Source of the DNA: Methylorubrum extorquens
GTDB taxonomy: Bacteria; Pseudomonadota; Alphaproteobacteria; Rhizobiales; Beijerinckiaceae
DNA: 32,000 nt
Assembly: GCA_900234795.1 (NCBI GenBank)
Contig: LT962688.1
Coordinates: 2,340,001-2,372,000 of the forward strand
Direction of reading: 5' to 3'
Below, in pieces: positions 12,046 through 21,076 of the stretch. The stretch's first letter is position 1; each line of letters begins with the position of its first letter. Under the pieces are notes generated by a model. That model was given only the letters and a program-made list of their open reading frames with translations, had not been told where the DNA came from and did not search any database. A program made the translations under genes and the position numbers.

Positions 12046-12699
12046 ATGATCACCCGGCGCGACGCCCTGAAACTGACCGGCCTTGCCCTCGGCACCGCCG
12101 CCCTGCTTCCCCGCCTGACCTTCGAGGCGCTGGCGCAATCGGCCGACACGGCCGCGCTGATGCAGCCCGGTCCCCTCGGCGATGTCTGGCTCGGGCCGGC
12201 GGACGCCAAGGTGACAATCATCGAATACGCTTCGATGACCTGCTCCCACTGCGCCCATTTCCACGCGACGACATGGCCGGTGCTGAAGGAGCGCTACATC
12301 GATACCGGCAAGGTGCGCTTCACCCTGCGCGAGTTCCCGCTCGATCCGCTCGCCACCGCCGCCTTCATGCTGGCCCGTTGCGACGGCGAGTCGAAATACT
12401 ACCCGATCACCGATCTGCTGTTCGACCAGCAGCAGAACTGGGCCTTCGTGCGCAAGCCGCAATCGCCGGTCGATGCCCTGGAGCAGCTCCTGCGTCAGGC
12501 CGGGTTCTCGAAGGAGAAGTTCGAGGCCTGCCTGAAGGACCAGAAGACCTACGCCGCCATCAACGCGGTCAAGACCCGCGGCCTCGACACCCTCAAGGTC
12601 GAATCGACGCCGACCTTCTTCATCAACGGCGAGAAGCGCGCCGGCGCCCTCTCGATCGAGGAAATGGAGAAGATCATCAAGCCGATCCTGGGGGCCTGA
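12046..12699 (+). CDS. DsbA-family thiol:disulfide oxidoreductase with a Tat-type signal peptide
   Basis: ATG 12046. MITRRDALKLTGLALGTAALLP carries a twin-arginine motif. Thioredoxin-fold active site CSHC in YASMTCSHCAHFH. Confidence 0.85.
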   Translation: MITRRDALKLTGLALGTAALLPRLTFEALAQSADTAALMQPGPLGDVWLGPADAKVTIIEYASMTCSHCAHFHATTWPVLKERYIDTGKVRFTLREFPLDPLATAAFMLARCDGESKYYPITDLLFDQQQNWAFVRKPQSPVDALEQLLRQAGFSKEKFEACLKDQKTYAAINAVKTRGLDTLKVESTPTFFINGEKRAGALSIEEMEKIIKPILGA

Positions 12700-12774
12700 T
12701 CCGGCTTCCGAAAGCCGTGGAAAAATGAAGAATTATGTTGTTCCATCAACAACTTAATAGGCAGTTTGGCCGCC

Positions 12775-12803
12775 TTGACACTCAAGGTTGGCGAAACTAT
12801 GGT
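12775..12803 (+). promoter_or_regulatory. Candidate sigma70-type promoter of the F0 ATP synthase operon
   Basis: TTGACA (12775-12780), 17-nt spacer, TATGGT (12798-12803). It is preceded by the most AT-rich stretch of the window (12721-12765, UP-element-like) and lies 48 nt upstream of atpI. Confidence 0.5.
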
Positions 12804-12850
12804 GCGCCGCGCCGAGGGGGTGAAACCTTTCCCTCCGCTCCCGACGACAT

Positions 12851-13231
12851 GTGGGGTCGCCCGTGAGTGGCGGCCCGGCAGATGATGGGAGCGGGCCGGA
12901 AAAGGCTCCCGCCGACGGCGATCTCTCCGCGAGGCTCAAGCGTCTCGAGACGCAGCTCGAAGGCAAGCGGCCCAGCGCCGGGCCCGACAAGCTTGCGCGC
13001 ACCGGCACGTCCGGCGGGTCTGCCCCGCTCGGTCAGGCCATGCGGCTCTCGACCGAGTTCATCGCGGGCGTGATCGCCGGGGGAATCCTCGGCTACATCG
13101 TCGATCATCTCTTCGGCTCCAAGCCGTGGGGCATGATCGTGCTGCTGATGCTGGGCTTCGTGACGGGGATCTACAACGTCATGCGGGTCAGCGGCTTCAG
13201 CACCAAGAAAACTGAGAAAGATCGCCGGTAA
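12851..13231 (+). CDS. atpI: AtpI/AtpZ family protein (F0F1 ATP synthase protein I)
   Basis: GTG 12851. Two TM helices (FIAGVIAGGILGYIVDHLF, GMIVLLMLGFVTGIYNVM). First gene of the atp F0 cluster. Confidence 0.8.
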   Translation: MGSPVSGGPADDGSGPEKAPADGDLSARLKRLETQLEGKRPSAGPDKLARTGTSGGSAPLGQAMRLSTEFIAGVIAGGILGYIVDHLFGSKPWGMIVLLMLGFVTGIYNVMRVSGFSTKKTEKDRR

Positions 13232-13351
13232 CGGTCTCCAAGACGCCTCAGGGGTCTTGAGACTCGCCCGGCATCGTGTAAGGGCGACGCGCGACAGACG
13301 GGAGCCGCAAAGGCTTCCTCGCGCGACACACAAAGGGGCGGAAGCGGGCAC

Positions 13352-14107
13352 ATGGCGGTCAGTATCGACCCGATCCACCAGTTCGAGCTGCAGCCGCTCG
13401 TCTCGCTGGGTCACATCGGCAACCAGCAGCTCGCGTTCACGCAATCGGCTCTGTACATGTTCGCCGCGGTGGGCATCATCGCGCTGCTGACCATCGTGGC
13501 GACCTCCGGGCGCTCCGTGGTTCCGGGCCGTCTCCAGGCGCTGGCCGAGACGCTCTACGAATTCATCGCCGATACGGTGCACCAAGCGACCGGCGAGGAC
13601 GGCAAGCGCTTCCTGCCGCTCGTGTTCTCCCTGTTCATGTTCGTGCTCATCCTGAACCTGCTCGGGATGATCCCCTACGCCTTCGCGGTGACCAGCCACC
13701 TCATCGTCACCTTCGGCCTCGCGCTGGTCGTGATCCTGACCGTGGTGATTTATGGCGTGGCCAAGCACGGCACCCACTTCCTCGGCGTGTTCGTGCCGTC
13801 GGGCGTGCCGAAGCCGCTGCTGCTCATCATGGTGCCGATCGAGATCGTGTCGTTCCTGTCGCGGCCGATCAGCCTCTCGGTTCGTCTCTTCGCCAACATC
13901 CTGGCCGGCCACATCGCGCTGAAGATCTTCGCCTTCTTCGTGGTCCAGCTGCTGGTTGCCGGTGCTTGGGGCGTGCTCTCGCCCCTGCCGCTCGCGCTCA
14001 CCATTGCGCTGACGGCTCTCGAGTTCCTCGTCGCGGCCCTTCAGGCTTACGTCTTCGCGACGCTGACGGCGGTCTATCTCGCCGACGCCCTCCACCCCGG
14101 CCACTGA
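13352..14107 (+). CDS. atpB: F0F1 ATP synthase subunit a
   Basis: 251 aa with the conserved motif SLSVRLFANILAGH. Position between atpI and atpE. Confidence 0.95.
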   Translation: MAVSIDPIHQFELQPLVSLGHIGNQQLAFTQSALYMFAAVGIIALLTIVATSGRSVVPGRLQALAETLYEFIADTVHQATGEDGKRFLPLVFSLFMFVLILNLLGMIPYAFAVTSHLIVTFGLALVVILTVVIYGVAKHGTHFLGVFVPSGVPKPLLLIMVPIEIVSFLSRPISLSVRLFANILAGHIALKIFAFFVVQLLVAGAWGVLSPLPLALTIALTALEFLVAALQAYVFATLTAVYLADALHPGH

Positions 14108-14167
14108 TCCGTCCCGGCCGGACCCTTCCGCCCTCAACGAACCCCGTTCGAACTTCAGGAGTGTTTC

Positions 14168-14395
14168 ATGGATCCCGTCGCTGCGAAGTACATCGGCGCC
14201 GGTCTCGCCTGCCTCGGCATGGCGGGCGCCAGCATCGGCCTCGGCAACCTGTTCGGCCAGTTCTACGCGGGCGCCCTGCGCAACCCGTCGGCCGCCGATA
14301 GCCAGCGCACCAACCTCCTCCTGGGCTTCGCGCTCACCGAGGCGCTCGGCATCTTCTCGCTGCTCGTCGCGCTGCTGCTCCTCTTCGCCGTCTGA
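14168..14395 (+). CDS. atpE: F0F1 ATP synthase subunit c
   Basis: 75 aa hairpin proteolipid: [17 protein letters not shown]...RNP...[28 protein letters not shown] seven nt upstream of the ATG. Confidence 0.95.
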   Translation: MDPVAAKYIGAGLACLGMAGASIGLGNLFGQFYAGALRNPSAADSQRTNLLLGFALTEALGIFSLLVALLLLFAV

Positions 14396-14408
14396 CGCGT
14401 CGTTCTTC

Positions 14409-14451
14409 GGGGGAGCGCGGGCCGGCTAGAGAGTCCGCCCCGCGCTCCCCC
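14409..14451 (+). promoter_or_regulatory. Strong intra-operon stem-loop directly after atpE
   Basis: Perfect 13-bp stem, GGGGGAGCGCGGG (14409-14421) pairing with CCCGCGCTCCCCC (14439-14451), 17-nt loop, no T-run. It begins 14 nt after the atpE stop. Confidence 0.6.
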
Positions 14452-14592
14452 GCTCGTTGAGAGTGCCTCGCGAAACCTCCTCTGCGCGGTCGTCCGCCCT
14501 TCGGCATGGCGGCGCAGCGGCGGTTTCGTGAGAGACACCGATCCGGCCGCTCCGTCCGCGGAGCCGGCCTTCCGACGTCACCGGACAGGGCC

Positions 14593-15198
14593 ATGGCCGA
14601 GCAGAAGAATCCCCTCACGACCCCCTTCCCGAACGCGGACACGACGATTGTCCCGGCGGGAAGCCCGCACACCCATACCGAGCAGCCCTCCGGCGGCCAT
14701 GGCGGTGCCTTTCCGCCCTTCGAGAGCCACACCTTCCTCTCGCAGTTGATCTGGCTCGCGCTGGCCTTCGGCCTGCTCTACTACCTGATGTCCAAGGTTG
14801 CGCTGCCGCGCATCGAGGCGATCCTCGGCAACCGCGCCGGCCGGCTCTCGTCCGATCTGACCGAGGCGCAGCGCATGAAGACCGAGGCCGACGCCGCCGG
14901 CGCCGCCTACGAGAAGTCTCTGCGCGAAGCCCAGGCGAAGGCGCAGGCCATCGCCCAGGAGACCCGCAACAGCCTCTCGGCCGAGGCCGACGCCAAGCGC
15001 AAGACTCTCGAAGCCGAGCTGAACCAGCGGCTCGCCGCCTCCGAGGCGACCATCCGCACGCGCACGACGGAAGCCATGGGCAATGTCCGCGCGATTGCCG
15101 GCGAGACCGCCTCGGCGATCGTCGAGCGGCTGACCGGCCAGGCTCCCGACCAGGCGAGCCTGAACCGCGCCCTCGACGCGACGCCCGCCGTACACTGA
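14593..15198 (+). CDS. atpF2: F0F1 ATP synthase subunit b' (second b-type subunit)
   Basis: Start moved to ATG 14593 (MAEQKNPL...). Single TM helix LSQLIWLALAFGLLYYLM followed by a long Ala/Glu/Lys-rich helix. Canonical alphaproteobacterial a-c-b'-b order. Confidence 0.85.
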   Translation: MAEQKNPLTTPFPNADTTIVPAGSPHTHTEQPSGGHGGAFPPFESHTFLSQLIWLALAFGLLYYLMSKVALPRIEAILGNRAGRLSSDLTEAQRMKTEADAAGAAYEKSLREAQAKAQAIAQETRNSLSAEADAKRKTLEAELNQRLAASEATIRTRTTEAMGNVRAIAGETASAIVERLTGQAPDQASLNRALDATPAVH

Positions 15199-15285
15199 TC
15201 CGAGGGCCGGCCCGTTGCCGGCCCCTCCCATCCGACCCCGGCCCGGCCCGCCGGGCGGAGGGCCGATCAAGGGTTTGAGACCGAC

Positions 15286-15774
15286 ATGTTGTTGACCGCG
15301 GAATTCTGGGTCGCCGTCGCCTTCGTGGCGTTCCTGGTCATCGTCTGGCGGGTCGGCGGCTTCTCGATGATGACCAACGGGCTCGACAGCCGCGCCAAGC
15401 GCGTGCGCAACGAGCTCGACGAGGCCCGCCGCCTGCGTGAAGAAGCCGCGGCCGTGCTCGCCGACTACAAGCGCCGCCGCACCGAGGCCGAGCGCGAGGC
15501 CGAGGCCATCATCGCCGGTGCCCGCGAGGATGCCGAGCGCATCGCCGCCGAGGGCCATGCCCGCCTCAACGATTTCGTTGCGCGCCGCACCAAGAGCGCC
15601 GAGGCCAAGATCGCCCAGGCTGAGGCGCAGGCCTCCGCCCAGGTTCGCGCCGCGGCGGCTGACGCAGCCGTGAAGGTCTCCGAGACGCTGCTGCGCGAAC
15701 GCCTCCAGGGCGCGGCGGCACAGGATCTCCTTCGTGCCAGCCTCGGCGACGTGAAGAGCCGTCTTCAGGCCTGA
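15286..15774 (+). CDS. atpF1: F0F1 ATP synthase subunit b
   Basis: 162 aa. N-terminal TM helix [15 protein letters not shown], then a charged coiled coil. Confidence 0.85.
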   Translation: MLLTAEFWVAVAFVAFLVIVWRVGGFSMMTNGLDSRAKRVRNELDEARRLREEAAAVLADYKRRRTEAEREAEAIIAGAREDAERIAAEGHARLNDFVARRTKSAEAKIAQAEAQASAQVRAAAADAAVKVSETLLRERLQGAAAQDLLRASLGDVKSRLQA

Positions 15775-15914
15775 GCCTGACCCTTCGACCGAACGTGCCC
15801 TTGCCGGGTTTCGGTAAGGGCACGGCGCAAATCGGCAAGCGGCATTGATCGGAGCCGCTACGGTTCGCGGGCGTGTTCGCGGGCCGGCCTGTCACCGACT
15901 TGATCGGTCCTGCG

Positions 15915-15939
15915 ACACCCGGCCCTGCCGGGTGTTTTC
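15915..15939 (+). terminator. Rho-independent terminator downstream of the atp F0 operon
   Basis: ACACCCGGC-CCT-GCCGGGTGT (perfect 9-bp stem) followed by TTTCG. An additional hairpin CGTGCCCTT...AAGGGCACG at 15794-15824 lies 20 nt after the atpF stop. Confidence 0.65.
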
Positions 15940-16139
15940 GCGTGTGGGGCTAGCCGAATGCGCTGCGGTGCCGCAGAACGGGGCTGATCCCGTTAAAAAT
16001 TTTGAAGACAGGCGAAAAATCACCTGTGCTTGGCCTGTGCTGCCGCGGCGTGTACGAATAGTGCCTGAAAAACACCCCCGTGAACGCCGACGGGAGAGCG
16101 GGTGGGTTTGCCCGTAAACAACGAAAAGAGGCTACGCTC

Positions 16140-17444
16140 ATGAGCGCCGGAACTGCGACCGACACCACCGACCTCGACTCCTTCTTCTCGGCTCATCTTG
16201 CCGAGACCGATCCCGAGATCGCCAAGGCCATCTCGCAGGAGCTGGGCCGGCAGCAGCACGAGATCGAGCTGATCGCGTCCGAGAACATCGTCTCGCGCGC
16301 CGTGCTCGAAGCGCAGGGCTCGGTCCTGACCAACAAGTACGCCGAGGGTTATCCGGGCCGGCGCTACTACGGCGGCTGCCAGTTCGTGGACATCGCCGAG
16401 GAACTCGCCATCGACCGGGCCAAGCGCCTGTTCGGCTGCGGCTTCGCCAACGTGCAGCCGAATTCCGGCTCCCAGGCGAACCAGGGCGTGTTCATGGCTC
16501 TGATGCAGCCCGGCGACACCTTCCTCGGCCTCGACCTCGCGGCTGGCGGCCACCTCACCCACGGCGCCCCCCCGAACGTCTCGGGCAAGTGGTTCAAGCC
16601 GGTCTCCTACACCGTGCGCCGTGAGGATCAGCGCATCGACATGGAGCAGGTCGAGCGCCTCGCTCAGGAGCACAAGCCGAAGGTGATCATCGCCGGCGGC
16701 TCGGGCTACCCGCGTCACTGGGACTTCGCGAAGTTCCGTGAAATCGCCGATTCCGTCGGCGCCTACTTCTTCGTCGACATGGCCCACTTTGCCGGTCTCG
16801 TCGCCGCGGGCCTGCACCCGTCGCCGTTCCCGCACGCGCACGTCGCCACCACGACGACGCACAAGACCCTGCGCGGCCCGCGCGGCGGCATGATCCTGAC
16901 GAACGACGAGGCGCTGGCCAAGAAGTTCAACTCGGCGATCTTCCCCGGCCTCCAGGGCGGCCCGCTGATGCACGTCATCGCCGCCAAGGCGGTGGCCTTC
17001 GGCGAGGCGCTGAAGCCCGAGTTCAAGATCTACGCCAAGCAGGTGATCGACAACGCCCGCGCGCTGGCCGACACCATCATCTCCGGCGGCTACGACATCA
17101 CCTCGGGCGGCACCGACAACCACCTGATGCTGGTCGACCTTCAGAAGAAGGGCCTGACCGGCAAGGCGGCCGAGGCGGCGCTCTCCCGGGCGGACATCAC
17201 CTGCAACAAGAACGGCGTGCCGTTCGACCCGCAGAAGCCGACGATCACCTCCGGCATCCGTCTCGGCACGCCGGCCAGCACCACCCGCGGCTTCGGCGTC
17301 GCCGAGTTCAAGCAGGTCGGCTCGCTGATCGTTCAGGTGCTCGATGGCATCGCCGAGAAGGGCGATGGCGGCGACGCGGCGGTCGAGGCGGCGGTGAAGG
17401 AGAAGGTCCACGCCCTCACCGATCGGTTCCCGATCTACGCCTGA
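16140..17444 (+). CDS. glyA: Serine hydroxymethyltransferase
   Basis: ATG 16140 with AAGAGG eight nt upstream, 434 aa. Conserved [26 protein letters not shown], and the PLP lysine motif [14 protein letters not shown]. Confidence 0.97.
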   Translation: MSAGTATDTTDLDSFFSAHLAETDPEIAKAISQELGRQQHEIELIASENIVSRAVLEAQGSVLTNKYAEGYPGRRYYGGCQFVDIAEELAIDRAKRLFGCGFANVQPNSGSQANQGVFMALMQPGDTFLGLDLAAGGHLTHGAPPNVSGKWFKPVSYTVRREDQRIDMEQVERLAQEHKPKVIIAGGSGYPRHWDFAKFREIADSVGAYFFVDMAHFAGLVAAGLHPSPFPHAHVATTTTHKTLRGPRGGMILTNDEALAKKFNSAIFPGLQGGPLMHVIAAKAVAFGEALKPEFKIYAKQVIDNARALADTIISGGYDITSGGTDNHLMLVDLQKKGLTGKAAEAALSRADITCNKNGVPFDPQKPTITSGIRLGTPASTTRGFGVAEFKQVGSLIVQVLDGIAEKGDGGDAAVEAAVKEKVHALTDRFPIYA

Positions 17445-17484
17445 GCCTGACGAAAAACACCTCCGGCCCGTGACGCGGGCCGGT

Positions 17485-17524
17485 GCGGCCGCGGATCTCC
17501 CGATCTGCGGCCGCTGTCGTTTCG
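17485..17524 (+). terminator. Terminator region after glyA (second of two tandem hairpins)
   Basis: Hairpin 1: CCGGCCCG-TGACG-CGGGCCGG (17463-17483). Hairpin 2: GCGGCCGCGGATC-TCCC-GATCTGCGGCCGC (17485-17514, one mismatch) followed by TGTCGTTTCGGG. Confidence 0.65.
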
Positions 17525-17655
17525 GGACCGCCTCAAAGTTAATCCACGTAAGGTTTGTCGTTCCGGGGAGTGTACACGTCGTTGCATCCTTGAAATGATG
17601 TGGGTCGAGCCATCCTTCACCTGAAGGTTGCGCGGCACCGCTCGGGAGGGCGACC

Positions 17656-18151
17656 CTGCATCTCTCGCTTCACACGGATTACGGCCTGCGTCTGCTCATG
17701 CACCTGACGCTGGCCGAGCGGGGAGCCTGGGTCGCGACCCCGGCCGTCGCGCAACGCTTCGACATCTCGGTGCACCACCTCCAGAAGATCGCGCAGACGC
17801 TGGTCCGGGCCGGTGTCGTCGAGGCCAGGCAGGGTCGTTCCGGGGGGCGTGCGTCTCGCGCGGGACGCGCGCGAGATCCGGCTCGGACGGCTCGTCGCCG
17901 ATCTGGAAGGAGTCGGTACCGTGGTCGATTGCCGGCGCGACCCCTGCCCGCTCCTGGGCCGCTGTCGTCTCAAATGGGCCTTCGACGCGGCGGAGCAGGC
18001 GTTCTTCCTCGAACTCGACCGCCTCACCCTCGCCGACGTGGTGGCCGGGCCGACGGCAGCCGCACTCCGCGCCCTCTTCCGCGCCGAGCCGGGAGACGGG
18101 GGTGCGACGCCCGCCGCGCCCGTTCCGACCGATCCCACTCCTGGCAATTGA
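17656..18151 (+). pseudogene. Rrf2-family (NsrR/IscR/RirA-like, Fe-S type) transcriptional regulator; reading frame broken by +1 nt in a G6 run; probable CTG start
   Basis: The N-terminal wHTH LHLSLHTDYGLRLLMHLTLAERGAWVATPAVAQRFDISVHHLQKIAQTLVRAGVVEARQGRSGG is in frame 1. The C-terminal half VRLARDAREIRLGRLVADLEG..VVDCRRDPCPLLGRCRLKWAFDAAEQAF (Cx4Cx5C) is in frame 2. The junction is GGGGGG at 17842-17847. Length is 496 nt, that is 165 codons plus 1. GGGAGGG lies five nt upstream of the CTG at 17656. Confidence 0.8.
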
Positions 18152-18216
18152 GTGGCGGGTGGGGCAGAGAGAGGGGCGGCTTTTGAGAGCGTCCGGGATG
18201 AGGTGGTGAGCGCGCG

Positions 18217-18774
18217 ATGCGGTGTCCGTTCTGCGGAGGTCCCGACACCCAGGTGAAGGATTCGCGGCCGAGCGAGGATTCCTCAGCGATCCGCCGCCGC
18301 CGTGTCTGCCCGGATTGCGGCGGTCGCTTCACGACCTTCGAGCGGGTGCAGTTGCGCGAACTCGTCGTGCTCAAGCGCTCGGGCAAGCGCGTGCCGTTCG
18401 ATCGCGACAAGCTCCAGCGCTCGATCGACGTGGCGCTGCGCAAGCGCACGGTCGATCCCGAGCGGGTGGAGCGCCTCGTCAGCGGCATCACCCGGCGCCT
18501 GGAGAGCGGCGGCGAGGGTGAGGTCACCAGCGAGGCCATCGGCGAGGCGGTGATGGAGGGCCTCAAGGGGCTCGACGACGTGGCCTATGTCCGCTTCGCC
18601 TCGGTCTACAAGAATTTTCGCGAGGCACAGGATTTCCAGGATCTGCTCGGCACTCTCGGGGAGCGGTTGGAGGGCGAAGGCGACCTGCCCGAAGAGGGGG
18701 ACGCTGTGCCCACCCCTCCCGACGAGGCGGTTGCCGCCCCACGCCGTGGCCGTCCGGCCCGGAAGCGGGCGTGA
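18217..18774 (+). CDS. nrdR: Transcriptional repressor NrdR
   Basis: [17 protein letters not shown]...[19 protein letters not shown] (zinc ribbon) plus an ATP-cone ([20 protein letters not shown]). Acidic C-terminal tail. Confidence 0.95.
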   Translation: MRCPFCGGPDTQVKDSRPSEDSSAIRRRRVCPDCGGRFTTFERVQLRELVVLKRSGKRVPFDRDKLQRSIDVALRKRTVDPERVERLVSGITRRLESGGEGEVTSEAIGEAVMEGLKGLDDVAYVRFASVYKNFREAQDFQDLLGTLGERLEGEGDLPEEGDAVPTPPDEAVAAPRRGRPARKRA

Positions 18775-19901
18775 CGGGGCGAGCCGTGGACCTGTCCGAG
18801 CAGCAAGCCCTCGATCGGCGCGCCATGCGCCTCGCCCTCGCCCTGGGGCGGCGCAATCTCGGCCGGACCTGGCCGAATCCGAGCGTCGGCGCCGTCGTCG
18901 TGGCCGAGGGCCGCATCGTCGGGCAGGCGGTGACGGCGGTCGGCGGTCGCCCGCATGCGGAGCCGCTGGCGCTCGCCATGGCCGGCGAGGCCGCGCGCGG
19001 GGCCACGCTCTACGTCACCCTCGAGCCCTGCTCGCATCACGGCCGCACGCCGCCCTGCACCGACGCGACGATCGCCGCCGGGATCGCCCGCGTGGTCACC
19101 GCGATCGAGGATCCCGATCCGCGGGTGGCCGGGCGCGGCCATGCGGGTTTGCGCGCGGCCGGGATCACGGTGGAAACCGGCCTGCTGCGCGAGGAGGCCG
19201 CCCGCGATCATCGCGGCCATTTCTCCCGCGTGACGCGCGGACGCCCGAGCCTGCACCTCAAGCTCGCCCGGACCCGCGACGGCTTCGCCGCGCCCTCAAC
19301 CGGCGAGCGGCTGAAGATTACTGGTCCGGTCGCGGATGGCGCGGTGCATCTGTGGCGCGCCCATGCCGACGCGATCATGGTCGGCATCGGCACGGCTCGC
19401 GCCGACGACCCTTCGCTGACGGTCCGGCTTCCGGGGCTCGCCGCGCGCTCGCCGCTGCGGATCGTGCTCGACTCGACATTGCGCCTCAACCCCGCCAGCC
19501 ACCTCGTGCGCGGGGCCCGCGACCTGCCGACCCTGGTTCTCACCGGGCGCGGCGCCCCGGCCCATGCCCGGCGGATGCTCGCCTCCTTCGGCGTCGAGAT
19601 CGCCTTCGTTCCGACCGATGCGGGGGGCCGCATCGATCTGCCCGCCGCGCTGAAAGCGCTGGCGGAGCGCGGCCTGACCCGGATCTGCAGCGAGGGCGGG
19701 CCGGCGCTTGCCGACGCGCTCGCGGCGCACGATCTCATCGATGCCTGCACGCTCATCACCGGCTCCGTCACGCTGGGCGAGGCCGGCGGCTTGCCGGCGC
19801 TCGGGGGCAACCTCGCCCGCCGCCTCGCCGACGGCTCGCTGAGCGTGGTCGAGACCCGCGATTACGGCCCCGACACGGCGGTCACCTACGAGAGGATCTG
19901 A
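18771..19901 (+). CDS. ribD: Bifunctional riboflavin biosynthesis protein RibD (pyrimidine deaminase / uracil reductase)
   Basis: GTG 18771 overlaps the nrdR stop (GTGA). Deaminase zinc motifs HAE and [16 protein letters not shown]. Reductase half with KLARTRDG and SEGGPALA. Alternative GTG start at 18786. Confidence 0.93.
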   Translation: MTGRAVDLSEQQALDRRAMRLALALGRRNLGRTWPNPSVGAVVVAEGRIVGQAVTAVGGRPHAEPLALAMAGEAARGATLYVTLEPCSHHGRTPPCTDATIAAGIARVVTAIEDPDPRVAGRGHAGLRAAGITVETGLLREEAARDHRGHFSRVTRGRPSLHLKLARTRDGFAAPSTGERLKITGPVADGAVHLWRAHADAIMVGIGTARADDPSLTVRLPGLAARSPLRIVLDSTLRLNPASHLVRGARDLPTLVLTGRGAPAHARRMLASFGVEIAFVPTDAGGRIDLPAALKALAERGLTRICSEGGPALADALAAHDLIDACTLITGSVTLGEAGGLPALGGNLARRLADGSLSVVETRDYGPDTAVTYERI

Positions 19902-19902
19902 C

Positions 19903-20541
19903 ATGTTCACCGGACTCGTCAGCGATGTCGGCCGAGTCGTCTCCGTGGAGGGCTCGGAGCGCCTGCGCCGGATTGTGATCGAGAGCGCCTACGATCCCGC
20001 CGGCATCGCGCTCGGCGCCTCGATCGCCTGCTCCGGCCCCTGCCTCACCGCCGTTGCGGTGGAGCCGCACGGGGCGGGCTGCCGCTTTTCGGTCGATGCC
20101 GCCGCCGAGACCCTGGCCCGCACCACCGTGGGCGCTTGGCGCGAGGGCACGCGGCTCAACCTCGAACGCTCGCTCAAGCTCGGCGACGAGCTCGGCGGCC
20201 ACCTCGTCACCGGCCATGTCGACGGCGTCGCCGAGATCCTCGCCCGCGAGACGGTGACCGGCGAGGACAACCCCTGGGGCGCCAGCGAGCGCTTCACCCT
20301 GCGGGCGCCGGCCGCGCTCGCCGGCTTCATCGCCGAGAAGGGCTCGATCTGCCTCGACGGCACCTCGCTCACCGTCAACGCGGTCTCAGGCCACGATTTC
20401 TCGGTGCTGCTGATCCCGCACAGCCTCTCGGTCACGACCTGGGAGGAACGCCGCGAGGGGGATCGGATCAATCTGGAGGTCGATCTGCTCGCCCGCTACG
20501 CCGCGCGCCTCGCCGAGACGCGCGGGTTGTTGCCGGCGTAA
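19903..20541 (+). CDS. ribE: Riboflavin synthase (alpha chain)
   Basis: MFTGLVSDVGRV N-terminus and two lumazine-binding repeats (GASIACSGPCLTAV, GSICLDGTSLTVNAV). The start is 2 nt after the ribD stop. Confidence 0.93.
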   Translation: MFTGLVSDVGRVVSVEGSERLRRIVIESAYDPAGIALGASIACSGPCLTAVAVEPHGAGCRFSVDAAAETLARTTVGAWREGTRLNLERSLKLGDELGGHLVTGHVDGVAEILARETVTGEDNPWGASERFTLRAPAALAGFIAEKGSICLDGTSLTVNAVSGHDFSVLLIPHSLSVTTWEERREGDRINLEVDLLARYAARLAETRGLLPA

Positions 20542-20554
20542 GGACCGGTCCGGC

Positions 20555-21076
20555 TTACTTGCCGTCGTAGGAGGCGGCGAGACTGTTCATGATCTGGTTC
20601 GTCTCGGCGTCGTACTTCTTGTCACCCTCCGGCGAGGCCCAGTAGCTCACCAGCAGATGGCGCTGGCTGTCGGCTTTCGGCACGACCGAGAGGTAGCGCA
20701 GCACCGTCGGCTTGCCTTCATAGGTCGCAGGATATTCGGTGACCTTGAGGGCGTAGGTCGGGAAATCGACCTCCTTCGACTGGCCCTCGCCGGTCACCTT
20801 GACACCTTGTTCCTTGAAGTAGGCGTTGTGCTCGCCGAACAGGGTGTCGAACTGGGCGGGCTTGTAGCTCTCGAACCAGAGATAGATTTCCTCGTCCGCG
20901 GTCCGCGCCTGGACGCCACGGTCGATCGTGGTCACCTTCCACGCGGCGGGGATCTCGACGGAAATCGGTCGATCTCCGGGGACGACCGTAACCTTCTTGG
21001 CAAGGGCGGCGCTGCCGGCCAGCAGAAAGAAGGCGAGTGCCGCGCCGGCCAAGAATTTCGGCGATCCGATCGTCAT
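20555..21076 (-). CDS. Secreted or periplasmic protein of unknown function (173 aa)
   Basis: ATG 21076 with AGGGGA six nt upstream. Signal peptide MTIGSPKFLAGAALAFFLLAGSAALA|KK with no lipobox Cys. GC is noticeably lower than in neighbouring genes, and it is Lys/Glu/Tyr-rich. I recognise no family. Confidence 0.7.
   Translation of the reverse strand: MTIGSPKFLAGAALAFFLLAGSAALAKKVTVVPGDRPISVEIPAAWKVTTIDRGVQARTADEEIYLWFESYKPAQFDTLFGEHNAYFKEQGVKVTGEGQSKEVDFPTYALKVTEYPATYEGKPTVLRYLSVVPKADSQRHLLVSYWASPEGDKKYDAETNQIMNSLAASYDGK

Noticed and set aside
15769-15781. The identical 13-mer GCCTGAGCCTGAC, with tandem in-frame TGA stops, at the ends of both atpF (15769-15781) and glyA (17439-17451).
   Set aside because: Given the base composition, dozens of 13-mer repeats are expected in 32 kb. 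There is no extended similarity around them.
15940-16139. A ZTP, glycine or other riboswitch in the glyA leader.
   Set aside because: I could not recognise any conserved core, for example CCGCCTGGGC for ZTP. Only generic hairpins are present.
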